Both the position numbers and the translations under genes were made by a program. 64,000 bases of DNA, from positions 8,753,619 through 8,817,618 of the forward strand of contig CM119269.1 of assembly GCA_051294375.1 (NCBI GenBank). The letters run 5' to 3'. Numbering within the stretch: the first letter of the stretch is position 1; each line of letters opens with the position of its first letter. Shown here in pieces: positions 14,211 to 24,500 of the stretch. The notes under the pieces were generated by a model that saw only the letters and a program-made list of their open reading frames with translations, did not search any database and was not told the origin of the DNA. Origin of the DNA: Paraspadella gotoi. Its lineage: Eukaryota; Animalia; Chaetognatha.

Positions 14211-16589
14211 TCACGCTTTGGGAGTGACGACGGACTCGAAGTGACGTTTCCCGTCCAGAAACATCATGTACTCGGCGTAAGTTTTCGGCATGACCTCCGG
14301 GACGGGGCCTTCGTCGGGAGTGGCGAAAGTAAAGTGGAAGACGTTAGTCGTTTCGCCTCGAGTCTCCGTTGGAATCAACACTTCCGCGTGTACGCGGACT
14401 TGCATGTAGAAATCCTGCGTGCGCGCACAAAAAGGAGATTATTTATTAATAATATGAGTTTATATAGTTTTTGAAATATTCTTGTAGACATTACGTACTA
14501 GTTAGGATTGAAAAGTAGAATGCTTTCATCTAGCCTATTTTTCTTCCACTTACTAGCTAATGTTTAATAGTACCGTAATCAAAGCGTATCATTAAACTGT
14601 ACTATTAAATTATTTTTCTAAGAAACTTACCATGATGGAAAAAAAAATTGTCGCGGTTCGCGCTCGTATTGTGAGCCGAAACATGTCTGCTCTTGTAAAA
14701 TAAAATTCGTTGCAAAAATAAAATCAAACTTTGTTAATCTTTCAAACAACGAAAAAGAAAGGATAATTAGCATGAATATTAATATTTAACAATAATGTGA
14801 GTAGTCCTCTTGTTCAAAAAGAGGTGAAAAAAGTTAGAGACAACTCTTTTGGAAGTATTTGTATGCATTAAATAATTTTATGCTGTTGAGAAATAATCTT
14901 TTTATTCAGTCCTAGGGAAGTCATATTACATATTAAAACCCACTTTTCCAAACCGCGACAATTTTTTTTCCATCATGGTAGGTTCAACCTTCAGATTGCG
15001 CTCAAAAACTAATTCAACAAGAATTTTTGCATCACCGTCTCGGATGGAATCAGCGAATCAAAACCTAAGGGCTCACTTTAGTAAAGACGACTTGGCTGGA
15101 AAGAAAAAGAAGCGTCCCGATCTCGACGGGTCGTTGGAAGACGATGTCGTCGACGGAGAAGGGAACGGGACGCACTTTGCAGTAGCGGACGGCGTTGGAC
15201 CAGGCCAGTTCGTAGGCTTGCCTCATCAAATACCCTCCGAAGATTTTGTTGTACAAATTACGGTTCTGAGATCGAGATTTAACAATTAGTAGTACTTCTT
15301 TTTTGGCCCAAATGCTATGAGTACAATAATTGGTACAACTAACAATAATTGGTACAACTACCTAATAGGCAACCTTATCTAACTTAACTTTCATAAACTT
15401 GAATTCTTACCCCTTAAAAACCACCAACCTGGGGATGGTTTATGAGAACGTTCTTGAGCAGCGTGGACTCCATCCAGACGGCGCTTTCCGGTTTGACGCG
15501 AGCGCTGAACTTGTTAGACTTTGTGTCCAGCGTCTCCAAAAACATTTGGTGGATGAGACGGGATTCATCCGGCGAAGGAGACTCCTGTTTGGAAACCATC
15601 ATTGTAATCAATTTCAAATTACATTCAAGTGCAACAGATTTTATGTCCCCCAACTCGCCTTCAAGAGAGATTCCTTCGCTTCCTGCTGCCGCGTGATTTT
15701 GTGTTTCTCTCCCTGAGCGAAGATGGCGTCCTCTTCGGGGCCTTCGGGTCGCAGAGGGGCGACGAAGGCCGAACCCCGGTTTAAGGGATCGCGCGCCACC
15801 ATGAGGAAGCGCGCCTCCACCGCTGTGGACAAAGGCTGCGTCGGATCCTTTTCGGCCAGAAAGATCGATGAATCATAATAATTATTTTTAAGTCAGCGGA
15901 TGAAAAAAACTGCTGAAGAGTTTACCTGCTGTTGCTGCAGCTGCATCGTAACTTCCATAGAAGTCTTTCCGACCCAAGAAACGTAGCCGATGAATCTAAG
16001 ATCTGAATCGGCCCGAATTAAGCTTTGTTTAAGATCGATTTGATCCACCATCGCTGTGACGATGACCAACGGAGATTGAAAGTCGCCGCCCGTGTCATCG
16101 ACTGCAAATCATATGAGGGACAATCAATCAGTGGGCGTTGCTTGTTATTGAAAATAAGCTACACTAACCCGGTTTATTATGCATGTAGGAAGTCCAAACG
16201 GCGAATGTGTCCAGATCCTCCAAAATTCGCCCGAATCTCACGTTCAAAAGGAAACTAATGTATTTTTCGCGAACCTTTTCGTCGGACAACCTGAGCCAGG
16301 CCACTTGCAGCCCACCCGAGATGCTCTTGGGCTGAAGCTCGCTCTGTGACTTGGGCAGCAAGCCCAAAAGGCTTTCCCTGTTATTGAAGGACTCGTTGAA
16401 AGCCTTTTGGGCCCCGACGATTTGGGCCAAATTGTCGCGCAAGTCTCTGATGTCTTGGCCGGAATCTAAAAGGCGCGGGGGAATACAAAGGGATGGGGCC
16501 TTTGACGCGAAGGATTTGGACGACAGAAAAAACCAGTTGGACGTCGACAATCGTTTTTTGAGGAGATGAGTCAGCATGGTCGATCCCAT
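14211..16589 (-). CDS. ACOT9: Acyl-CoA thioesterase 9-like (double hotdog fold, mitochondrial presequence), 6 exons
   Basis: Motifs VRFGRILEDLD, SPLVIVTAMVDQID, VSWVGKTSMEV, FLMVARDP, YNKIFGGYLMRQAYELAW, VDDIVFQRPVEIG, TTNVFHFTF and VMPKTYAEYMMFLDGKRH; basic/hydroxylated N-terminus. Confidence 0.93.
14661..14770 (+). mobile_element. 5'-truncated hammerhead/Penelope-type terminal repeat fragment in an ACOT9 intron
   Basis: Stem II GCTC..GAGC, then GAAACATGTC, AATAAAATTCGTTGCAAA and CAACGAAAAAGAAAGGAT, all shared with the 41622-41750 copy; the CUGAUGA box is missing. Confidence 0.7.
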
Positions 16590-16883
16590 TGATTAGGATA
16601 TTTGTTTAACAAATTAACCCTATGGAATAAGAAATACAATTCGTTTTCGTTCCTCTTCTTTTTCCGTTAATTCTTTAAGAAAAACCTTGCTCTTCGTTTT
16701 CCCATAGACCTCTGGAGCGTATTATTCTTCAGAAATGCAGTTAAAATAATATTTATACCTAAACAATCCTTTCCAGTATCACTAGTAAAAATAGCAAACA
16801 ATACGTGACCGATACGGCATTCCAAGGAAGACAGCCAAGCCACCGCGGCGTCGGTCAGAAGGACGTTCACATTTTCGCCAAAA

Positions 16884-17048
16884 ATGCCAGTGTATCCTGT
16901 AAAGCCTCGAGCACGAGACATTAAGAAGCAGCCAACTGTTCACGTCAATAGTTTCAACCGACGGATTCGTCGTCATTGGGCGTCAGGGGTCCAAATGAAG
17001 GCGCCATTGAGCGTGGGTCTTGGGGAAAACACGGTTTCCAAGAATTAA
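16884..17048 (+). CDS. Candidate 54-aa basic small ORF divergent from ACOT9
   Basis: AAAATG context, MPVYPVKPRARDIKKQPTVHVNSFNRRIRRHWASGVQMKAPLSVGLGENTVSKN*, in a GC-elevated island; no homologue recognised. Confidence 0.3.
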   Translation: MPVYPVKPRARDIKKQPTVHVNSFNRRIRRHWASGVQMKAPLSVGLGENTVSKN

Positions 17049-17340
17049 AATTTCGGCAAACAAAACTAAATTTCCACATTGTTATTGAACTATTTCAACG
17101 AAAATGGCTTTTGTTTCTAAAATTTTCCGCTAGGTTTGGCTTCATGTACTGAACTTACTGATCTTTTGTTCTTATATTACTAAACGTCGTTGTCAATTTA
17201 AAATTGTCCAATGTAAAAAAATTGTACATTGCATAATATAATATGTAAAATTGTAAATTGTAGAGTAGTCGTATATTATAAGTAATTTTCAGAGAAAGCA
17301 AAGTATTTATGAAATTGCTAACAACGATTTTTATTAGGAG

Positions 17341-17383
17341 ACGGACATGTTTCGGCCTGTTGGATTCAAGCCTTCATCAGCAT
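17341..17383 (-). ncRNA. Minimal type I hammerhead ribozyme at the end of a Penelope-type terminal repeat (element about 17300-17490)
   Basis: Minus strand reads ATG-CTGATGA-A-GGCTT gaatccaac AGGCC-GAAACATGTC-CGT, then AATAAA. Catalytic core intact with palindromic ACATGT stem III. The upstream 110 bp, including a CT microsatellite, is homologous to 41495-41620. Confidence 0.8.
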
Positions 17384-17711
17384 TTGACATTCATTAAAAA
17401 GTTTGTGTTTACAAAAGAAGAGTGTGAGAGAGAAAGAGAGAGAGAGGGTAAAAGTTTTGCAACAAAGTGGTGTGACAGAATAGTGAAATTTAACATTTAA
17501 CTAGTGAATAAATATAAATAAATATAAACGTGAAAGAAAGTAGTTTTTATAGTTTTAGGTGATAATTAAGAGACTAAGAAAGTGAAATTCAAGGAAAAGA
17601 ATGAGCTCAAAATGAGCTGGCCCCCTTTGTCTTGTGCAAATGAAGGACAAGGACTATGATGATGATATGTAGAAGTTAACTGACAGCACCATTGGGACCC
17701 ACGTAATGAGG

Positions 17712-19386
17712 TTATAAATTTTCACAAATCTCATCAACAATATCCGGTTCCCCTAATTTCGTCAGATCAAAGGATATCTTCTGCGCCCTTCCGGCACCCA
17801 ATGGAATACAAAGGGTGCAGAACCGGCCTTCGTGAGTCTCGACGGTGTCCTTCCACTCTTCGTCGTCGTCGGTGCTCTCGTCAATCAACGCCTTTGTCGC
17901 CGCCTCTAACTCTTCCTTCGTCGCCGCGACGTCCTCGAACGCTCGCGCCTTTATCGCCGCCGCAAAATTGAGCAGGAGCGGTTTGAGGAAGCGCACCCGC
18001 CGGATGTGCGGCAGGTTGTGGCGGAACATGTAAGGTGGGAAGGGGGGATCGGCGTTGACGATTGCGTGGGGAAAGAGCTCGTCTGAAGTGATCGTCTCTA
18101 AGATAAGACGCACGGGAAAGAATTGAAGTCGATCAAAGTCACGAATCAGCGGCTGGGGTTCGAAGAGGCGAGACAAACATAGACGCTTCCTCTCTTTTTG
18201 TGGCGACGATGAATTAGTTACAACAATCACGGAACCTGGCTCGTTTTTTTGGTCGTTTTTGTAATTTTTCGTTTTCGGCACCGTAGGGTGTGTTGCTTCT
18301 TCAAAAAGCCCGTCTAGTCGTTTCAGTGTCTCCGACGCGCAAACCGAAAACGTTCTCATGAAGTCGTCGGCGACGGGTTGCCAGATTTCCAGCATGTTCT
18401 GGAAAGGATTGACCGGGTTGACCAGCACCGGCGTTCGGTTGAGCACACGCAGCGGAATCTCGGTCTGCCGATAGAAACGAACATCCGGAAAGACAATTCT
18501 CGTTCGCCGAAGATCGCTAACGATCTCGAAGAAACGACGTAAGGCCGCCGAGATCGAAGGCTGGTGCCGTGGGGCGCCGCGCCGGTTTCGGCGAACGGAC
18601 GGCGTCGGAACTGATCGTCTTCCCTCCACCTCCATCGCCGCGGCTACGGCGAGTAATTCGAAGATGTATGACGCGCCCCAAACCTGAGAATTACAAAGAT
18701 TGTTCTTTCTGTTAATCTTTCATTATCACGTCGCCACTCCAGAAAAATGAATGTTGAATCAGAAAGCTAAGTCAAAATGCAAACAAAATCCCAACCTTTT
18801 TTTCAAAGAGAATCGTCTGCGTCCAAAATTTGGTGAGACGAGCGACCCTTCTGCAGAAGTCGCTCCGTTGTCGCATCCACTCAACACTTTGAACAGAGAG
18901 CGTGAGATCCTTCTGCGCCTCCCGCGGATTCTCGGAGGCCTTGACCGCCGACAACTCCTGCTGCAGCTGGCGAAGCTCGAGGTCCGTTGCAACGTCGGCG
19001 GCGGCGTCATCTACGAGGTTTTTGACAGCGACGAGATCGATCTGGACTCCTTCGCGGTCGAAGCCGAGAAGGAAGTCGGTGACGGTGACGTCGTCGTCGC
19101 GAAGATCCGTGTGTTGGACGAGGATCTGTGACGGAAGTAGTGGGGTTAGGTGGATATTTTTAAAGATGGTGGATAAGTCTGTTCCTTCAATTAGCACAGA
19201 AATAGTGCATTGGGCTAACGCTTCATCTCCGAAGTCAATTGGCCCGGGTTCTTGCCCTGGTGGTCGGGCCGGTGAAACCACCGTGGGACTATTTAGTCTA
19301 ATCGAAGAGAATTCTTTTCCGGTTTAGAACTGTCATAATCGATATTACACGCATCAGAGACATGACAATTATCAAACAATCTCTCT

Positions 19387-19446
<60 letters not shown>

Positions 19447-19709
19447 CCTCCACATCGAACCTCCTTCCATTCCAACAGAACTACTCGTCGATAAGCATCG
19501 TCGTCGTAAAACACGCAAACGTCCATGTCCGCTTTTAAACAGGTGGAAGTTTCCTTGGCGACGCCGCCCACGACGCGACATCGGGATACGGAATGCCTCG
19601 AGTGAAGCTGCAAGGTTGCGAAGACGGCGTCAACCGCGCCGTGGGCGCGCCGTTGCCAATTCTCGGCCGGCGACAGAGAGTCGGCGAAGGAATGAAGAAG
19701 GTCGTCCAT
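17712..19709 (-). CDS. 2'-5' oligoadenylate synthetase-like (OAS / cGAS-DncV superfamily) nucleotidyltransferase, about 516 aa, 3 exons (19709-19461, 19125-18796, 18683-17712)
   Basis: Pol-beta NTase motif VVGGVAKETSTCLKADMDVCVFY (hG[GS]..DxD) and third Asp in VQIDLVAV. OAS C-lobe motifs RRVARLTKFW, SYIFELLAV, ALRRFFEIV and TPVLVNPVNPFQNM. All three exons join in phase 0. Confidence 0.88.
19200..19270 (+). mobile_element. tRNA-like Pol III promoter remnant in OAS-like intron 1
   Basis: A-box-like TAGTGCATTGG and B-box GGTTCTTGCCC followed by GGTGGT, the same variant as in the 24988-25440 element. Confidence 0.45.
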
Positions 19710-20424
19710 GATCAAACAGGCGGCGATTTTAAAGATCTTTTTAATTTTAAAAGTTATTTCTTGGAATTAATTTAGTCACACGGAAAATAATCTATTTAGT
19801 TGCGGAAATTGTCGTTGAAAATTCTTGAATAAATCAAATGAGGGAAAAACCGTAGATTTGATAACTCTATCGGTTGTTTACCAAAAAGATTTTTTTTCAC
19901 ATCGGAGCGAGTTGTACATAATTATCCATCGAGGTTTTTCAGTGATTCATGACTCGGAACTAAGGGGGAAAAAGAATTAACTGTTTTAAAATTTTGTAAA
20001 ATTTTGTTTTTGTTTAACGGAATATTTTCTCTCTCGCTGGGAATTCATAAGCGAAAAAGAGTCAGATCGAGTGAAGAGGAAAACTGTTTTTAAATTAAAC
20101 ATTACTCGAATTGATATTACACTGAAAAAACATTCTTCCTCAATCAAAATTGTGGATCGACTAGCGAATTACGCTCTACCTCTCGAATTTACCTATTCTT
20201 TATTAAAACTAAGTGTATATTAAGTGTATATTAAGTGTATATTCAGAAAATTTTGATAAAAAATTCTTAAATTTAAAAATCCAACGCCTTTTTTTAATAC
20301 ATACAATTTATACATTCTTCGTACAAACGCGATCTCGGTTTTGAGAATTGGTTTGTACCGAAGATAAATCTTTAGATCATTTCTGCTTTTCCCTCGAGAA
20401 TGTTTGCTTCGACCCTAAAATATC

Positions 20425-20432
20425 ATTTGCAT
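20425..20432 (+). promoter_or_regulatory. Octamer (ATTTGCAT), candidate distal sequence element for the U13-like gene
   Basis: Perfect octamer about 235 bp upstream of the snoRNA 5' end, the position typical of vertebrate snRNA-type promoters; could be chance in AT-rich DNA. Confidence 0.35.
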
Positions 20433-20663
20433 ATTGCAGTTTTCGACGTCAAAGTGATTTCAAAGGCAATTGTTCGTTTTCTACGAAATTCATTTAAAAT
20501 TTAGGGGGAAAATGTTATTATTGTGTCCAGAAATAAATATAGCGATTATTTAATGATATAATTATTAATCGTTTCATTTTAACTATAATGTTATGTAGAT
20601 TCAATAGCCCCATTCTTTAAATTATTTTTTACAATTCTTTAACAAGCAAAAACTTTCTGGTTT

Positions 20664-20773
20664 ATGATCCTTCCAGCACGTTCTTAAGGGAGATGATGAA
20701 AGGGTGTTTCAATCTTTATGATTGACGTGCGATACCTTGCTGGTTCTTCGCATCTTGAAACCCCTGATCCCTT
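20664..20773 (+). ncRNA. SNORD13: U13 / SNORD13-like box C/D snoRNA (guide for 18S helix 45 cytidine acetylation)
   Basis: 5' extension ATGATCCTTCC-a-GCA-c-GTTC is antisense to the conserved 18S 3' end (GAACCTGCGGAAGGATCAT). Box C ATGATGA (20693-20699) is followed by GGGTGTT as in human U13. A second antisense element ACCTTG (pairs with 18S CAAGGT) sits in the loop of a GTGCGA/TCGCAT stem. Box D CTGA (20764-20767); terminal stem AAGGGA/TCCCTT. Confidence 0.85.
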
Positions 20774-21594
20774 GGAAGGGTCGTCACAAATAAGAATATA
20801 TCAGGCATTGTTCAATCTACGTCATGGATGCAGTTAAGACGTTCGTGTACATCATTCTATGAATTGTATTGAATGTCGATTATTGTTGTGGCGAGGGTAA
20901 ACTGACTTTCAGGGGTTAATGTTGGTACACCATGCTCTTAGTCCCTGCTAATACTAACTAAGTTAACTAACGAATTTTTTATCCGTTTTTTTGACGGAAA
21001 AACAAAGATAGAATTAAGCTTTTAAAAAACAGAGACGTTAATTGCTTTTGAAAAAAAGGAATCTAGTATATTGTAGAAAACCCATAGCAACTGCAACCCC
21101 AGGTTAGCAATTTCTGTTTGATGATCTTTTGTTTCAAAGACATACGATCTCCTAACTCATCACCTCATATTCATAATCATATCAGTCCGGAATCACAATC
21201 TGACAGAATTCTTTCTAAATAGTAAATACACAATCTAACTTTTAAGGGATGCAATAAACATTGATGAAAACGTTAAAGAAGTCAGAAGAAAAGGCAGCCG
21301 ATCCAGCTAGTAGGTTTTTTTTATTAGTTTGTTTATAGTTTATAATATTTGGTTAATAGACAAAATAACGAACCCTTACACTGGGTAAAATCTCGTAAAG
21401 GTTTTGAGCAAAGATTAAACGTTTAAAGTAAATAACAAAGCTAAGGCAGCAAGCCAAATCTTGTGTTCAGGTTCCGAATCGCTTCGCTCGAAAAACGTAA
21501 AAAAAAACAATGCAACGATTGGTAACTATATGCATTTACAATTAGCTGCGTTTTTTGGGCACACTAAACATAATATACGGACTATTACTCGTAG

Positions 21595-24500
21595 GCGTCC
21601 AGGAAATCGGTGGCCACGTTGGTTTTCCTGGAGAAGCATGTCTCAATCCAGGACCGGCTCGGCCATCATATGGAGATCGAGGGAGAGAAGAAGAAGACGA
21701 TGTCCGAAGAAGAGGTCGATGTCATTTTTTTACAATTTTTTGTAATAAGTTTGGAGCGTCATCTGTAGGTTTTATTGCTACTATTAATTATATGATTTAT
21801 TATTTACGCCGGGAGTACTCAATAAGTCACTTTTCGGTCGGTTGGTTTGGCTGTATAATATAAATGTATGAAATTGGTACAACCAATATAAAAATTATCC
21901 ATTCATTTAATAAATAAGCTATCTTGTCCCTGACTTTGGACAGGCTTTGGTGGTTTAAGGCCTCCATCACACTTACAAGATAATAACATAGCAGGTTTCT
22001 GCAAGCTTTCAATATATAATTCAGTATATATATATTCAGTATATAATTTGCTTACAGTTGGTTGCTCATTTGTTAAGACCTAAAAAACCTTAAATCTAAC
22101 GCCGCCTTCATGAATTTCTAAAACTATAAATAATAAAAGACGTAATTTTGATGCAGGGGAAGAAATTTTTTTAGTTATGTCATATCATGTCATATCATGT
22201 GATCAAAGAGAAATATATGTGAAAATAAAGTCATTGCGGCGCGAAACATATGAATTACCGTTCTTGTTTTTAATTTTATAATATTTTAATTTACTAATAA
22301 ATAAGCCTTCTATAAATCATAGAACATTAAACGATATTAATTATTATCATTAAAGTAAAAAATTCAATCACCCTGACTCCTCAGGAAGAAGCGATAAAGA
22401 AAAAGAAGAAGCAGGCGAAAAAGAGAGAGGAATGCAAAAAGTTTTGCTGCAACAAAGAGGAGAAAACCTGCATGGAAAAGACAGGATTCGATTGGTTCTT
22501 CATCATATTCAACCTGATAATGTTTTGGTGAGGATCTGCAAATCGTCAATCCGTATATTAGGAGTCTACGTCGTTCTTAGAGATCGAGGAAGACTTTTTC
22601 AATGGAGATTTTCTTTAAAATCTGACTACCAAACAATATAAACGCTCCTGGTAAAAATTCGGGTAAAATATCGATGTAAAAACACTTGATTCCGATCCTG
22701 TTGTATCTGAAGGGCTCGCATTTTTTTTCTCTTGTCAAATCATCAACATTTTGATATCAAACAAGCCAGAACAAATAGACTGCTTCTGGACGGGACAATT
22801 TTCTATCTCTGATTTTATATAGAAATGAAAGGGATTTTTTTCCTTGAAAACGATATAAACGTGACTGAGGTATGTTCCTGTTCAACAAATGACGTCTAAT
22901 TTTGGAATCCTTTGGCAAAGTGTCTGAAGGGCTCTCAAAATTTTTCTTTACATTTTATTTGGTTATTTTGATATGATACGATCCTGGGAAAGTTAATTAG
23001 TCCATTTTGGTGAAATTTTTATTTAAAGTAAAAGTAAAAGAGAAGCTAACGATCGGAATTCTAAGAGTTTTCAACCGGGAGTCAGATTCGGGAAAAATCT
23101 TCTATGGCGAAAATCTTCCAAAGAAGGGGTTGATTTTCCGAAGATTTTGGTTAATATTTTCTATATTTATGGTCGGATTTTTTGGAAACTTAATATTAAC
23201 AATATTGCCATCATTCTACCTTGGCCGGTATAAGAATATATTGAAAAAACCTCGGGCTTTTTTCATCAGAGCTTAGTCCTACGTATATCGTTGTTAACCC
23301 ATCCTAATATGTTGATGGGCTACGTGGTCGTTTATCATTGCATCGACTTAGGATCCTTGTATTCAGAAAAAAAATTACCTCTTCCAGTATTGTTCGGTTA
23401 CTATTAACGAAATTAATTTACCTTGCACCATAATACAAATTAGGCCAAACGACGGATCGGTTTAAACCATCTCCAGTCATTTCTAATAATATTGGAGTAA
23501 CATTTTTCCAACTTTTAGGGAAAAAATCCTGTCCATTTTTGTCCATTTTGACTTTAAATGCCAAGGAAAGTTGATAAAATTTTGTACTTTTGCTTTCGGT
23601 TTTTCTTTATCTTCTTCACCCCAACGGATCTTTTAACAACTACAAAATGTTTTAAAAACTTCTTTGTTTTTAATTTTAATTTTGATTTTTAAGGACGGGA
23701 ATGAATTTGTTATTTTTTGTGACTGAGAATGAAGAGAATAGTTTTAACATATGAGGTACATATTGACGTTTACAAAACAAACTAAAAAACCGCATCCTTT
23801 TAACTTAATGAAAAAATTTTATGCATTTTTGTGTCGATTTACTAAAACTGCGAGACAACCAAAATTTAAATAAAATGATGCGATATCATAAATTTATTTT
23901 CTTATAAAGGTAATAAAGCATTTTAATTGATTTGGCTCAATGTAAATGCAGAAAATAAACGATTTGGAAGAGGAAAGCGAGAACAAGTTAAGGAGAAGTG
24001 GTGAGAATGAGAAAGAAGGGGTGAAAAGCAAAAAAAAGTAGGGAAAGGGGGAAGAAAATAATGAGACAAAAGCAATGCGGGAAAAGATGGGAACAAATGC
24101 AAAGAAAAAGAGGGGAAAAGAAAGAGAAGGAGTGAAGGAGAGATAAAAGGATGAGGAAAGTAGGTAGGGCCGTAAAAATGGTAAGTGACGGCGTGAGAAG
24201 TAGGGCAGGAAAGAGGAAGAGAAAAATAAAAAGTCAGAGAAGATAAGAGACGAGGAGAAAGAATCAGGGAAAAGTGATGAGGGAAAAAATTGTATCAGAT
24301 AATGCGTTGTCTTGCCTGAAGAGTTTTGTGTAAATATAAATTTGATCTTTAAAATTTTTTTGTACCATAAAAATTCATACATACTTTTTTGTCAAATCAG
24401 GGAGTTAATGAGATTAGATTGATAAGCAACGAAGAAATCATGTCTTACCGTATTTTGAACTCGTAGAAATGTAACTGAACAGTACTATGTAATAAAAAGA

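Noticed and set aside
17712-19709. Bacterial CBASS CD-NTase or contamination
   Set aside because: The gene has two spliceosomal introns with host microsatellites and sits among metazoan genes; no operon partners.
20361-20420. AAGATAAATCTTTAGATCATTTCT resembles the U3 snoRNA 5' end / box A
   Set aside because: No box C', B, C or D follows at U3 spacing; the real C/D RNA lies 300 bp downstream and fits U13.
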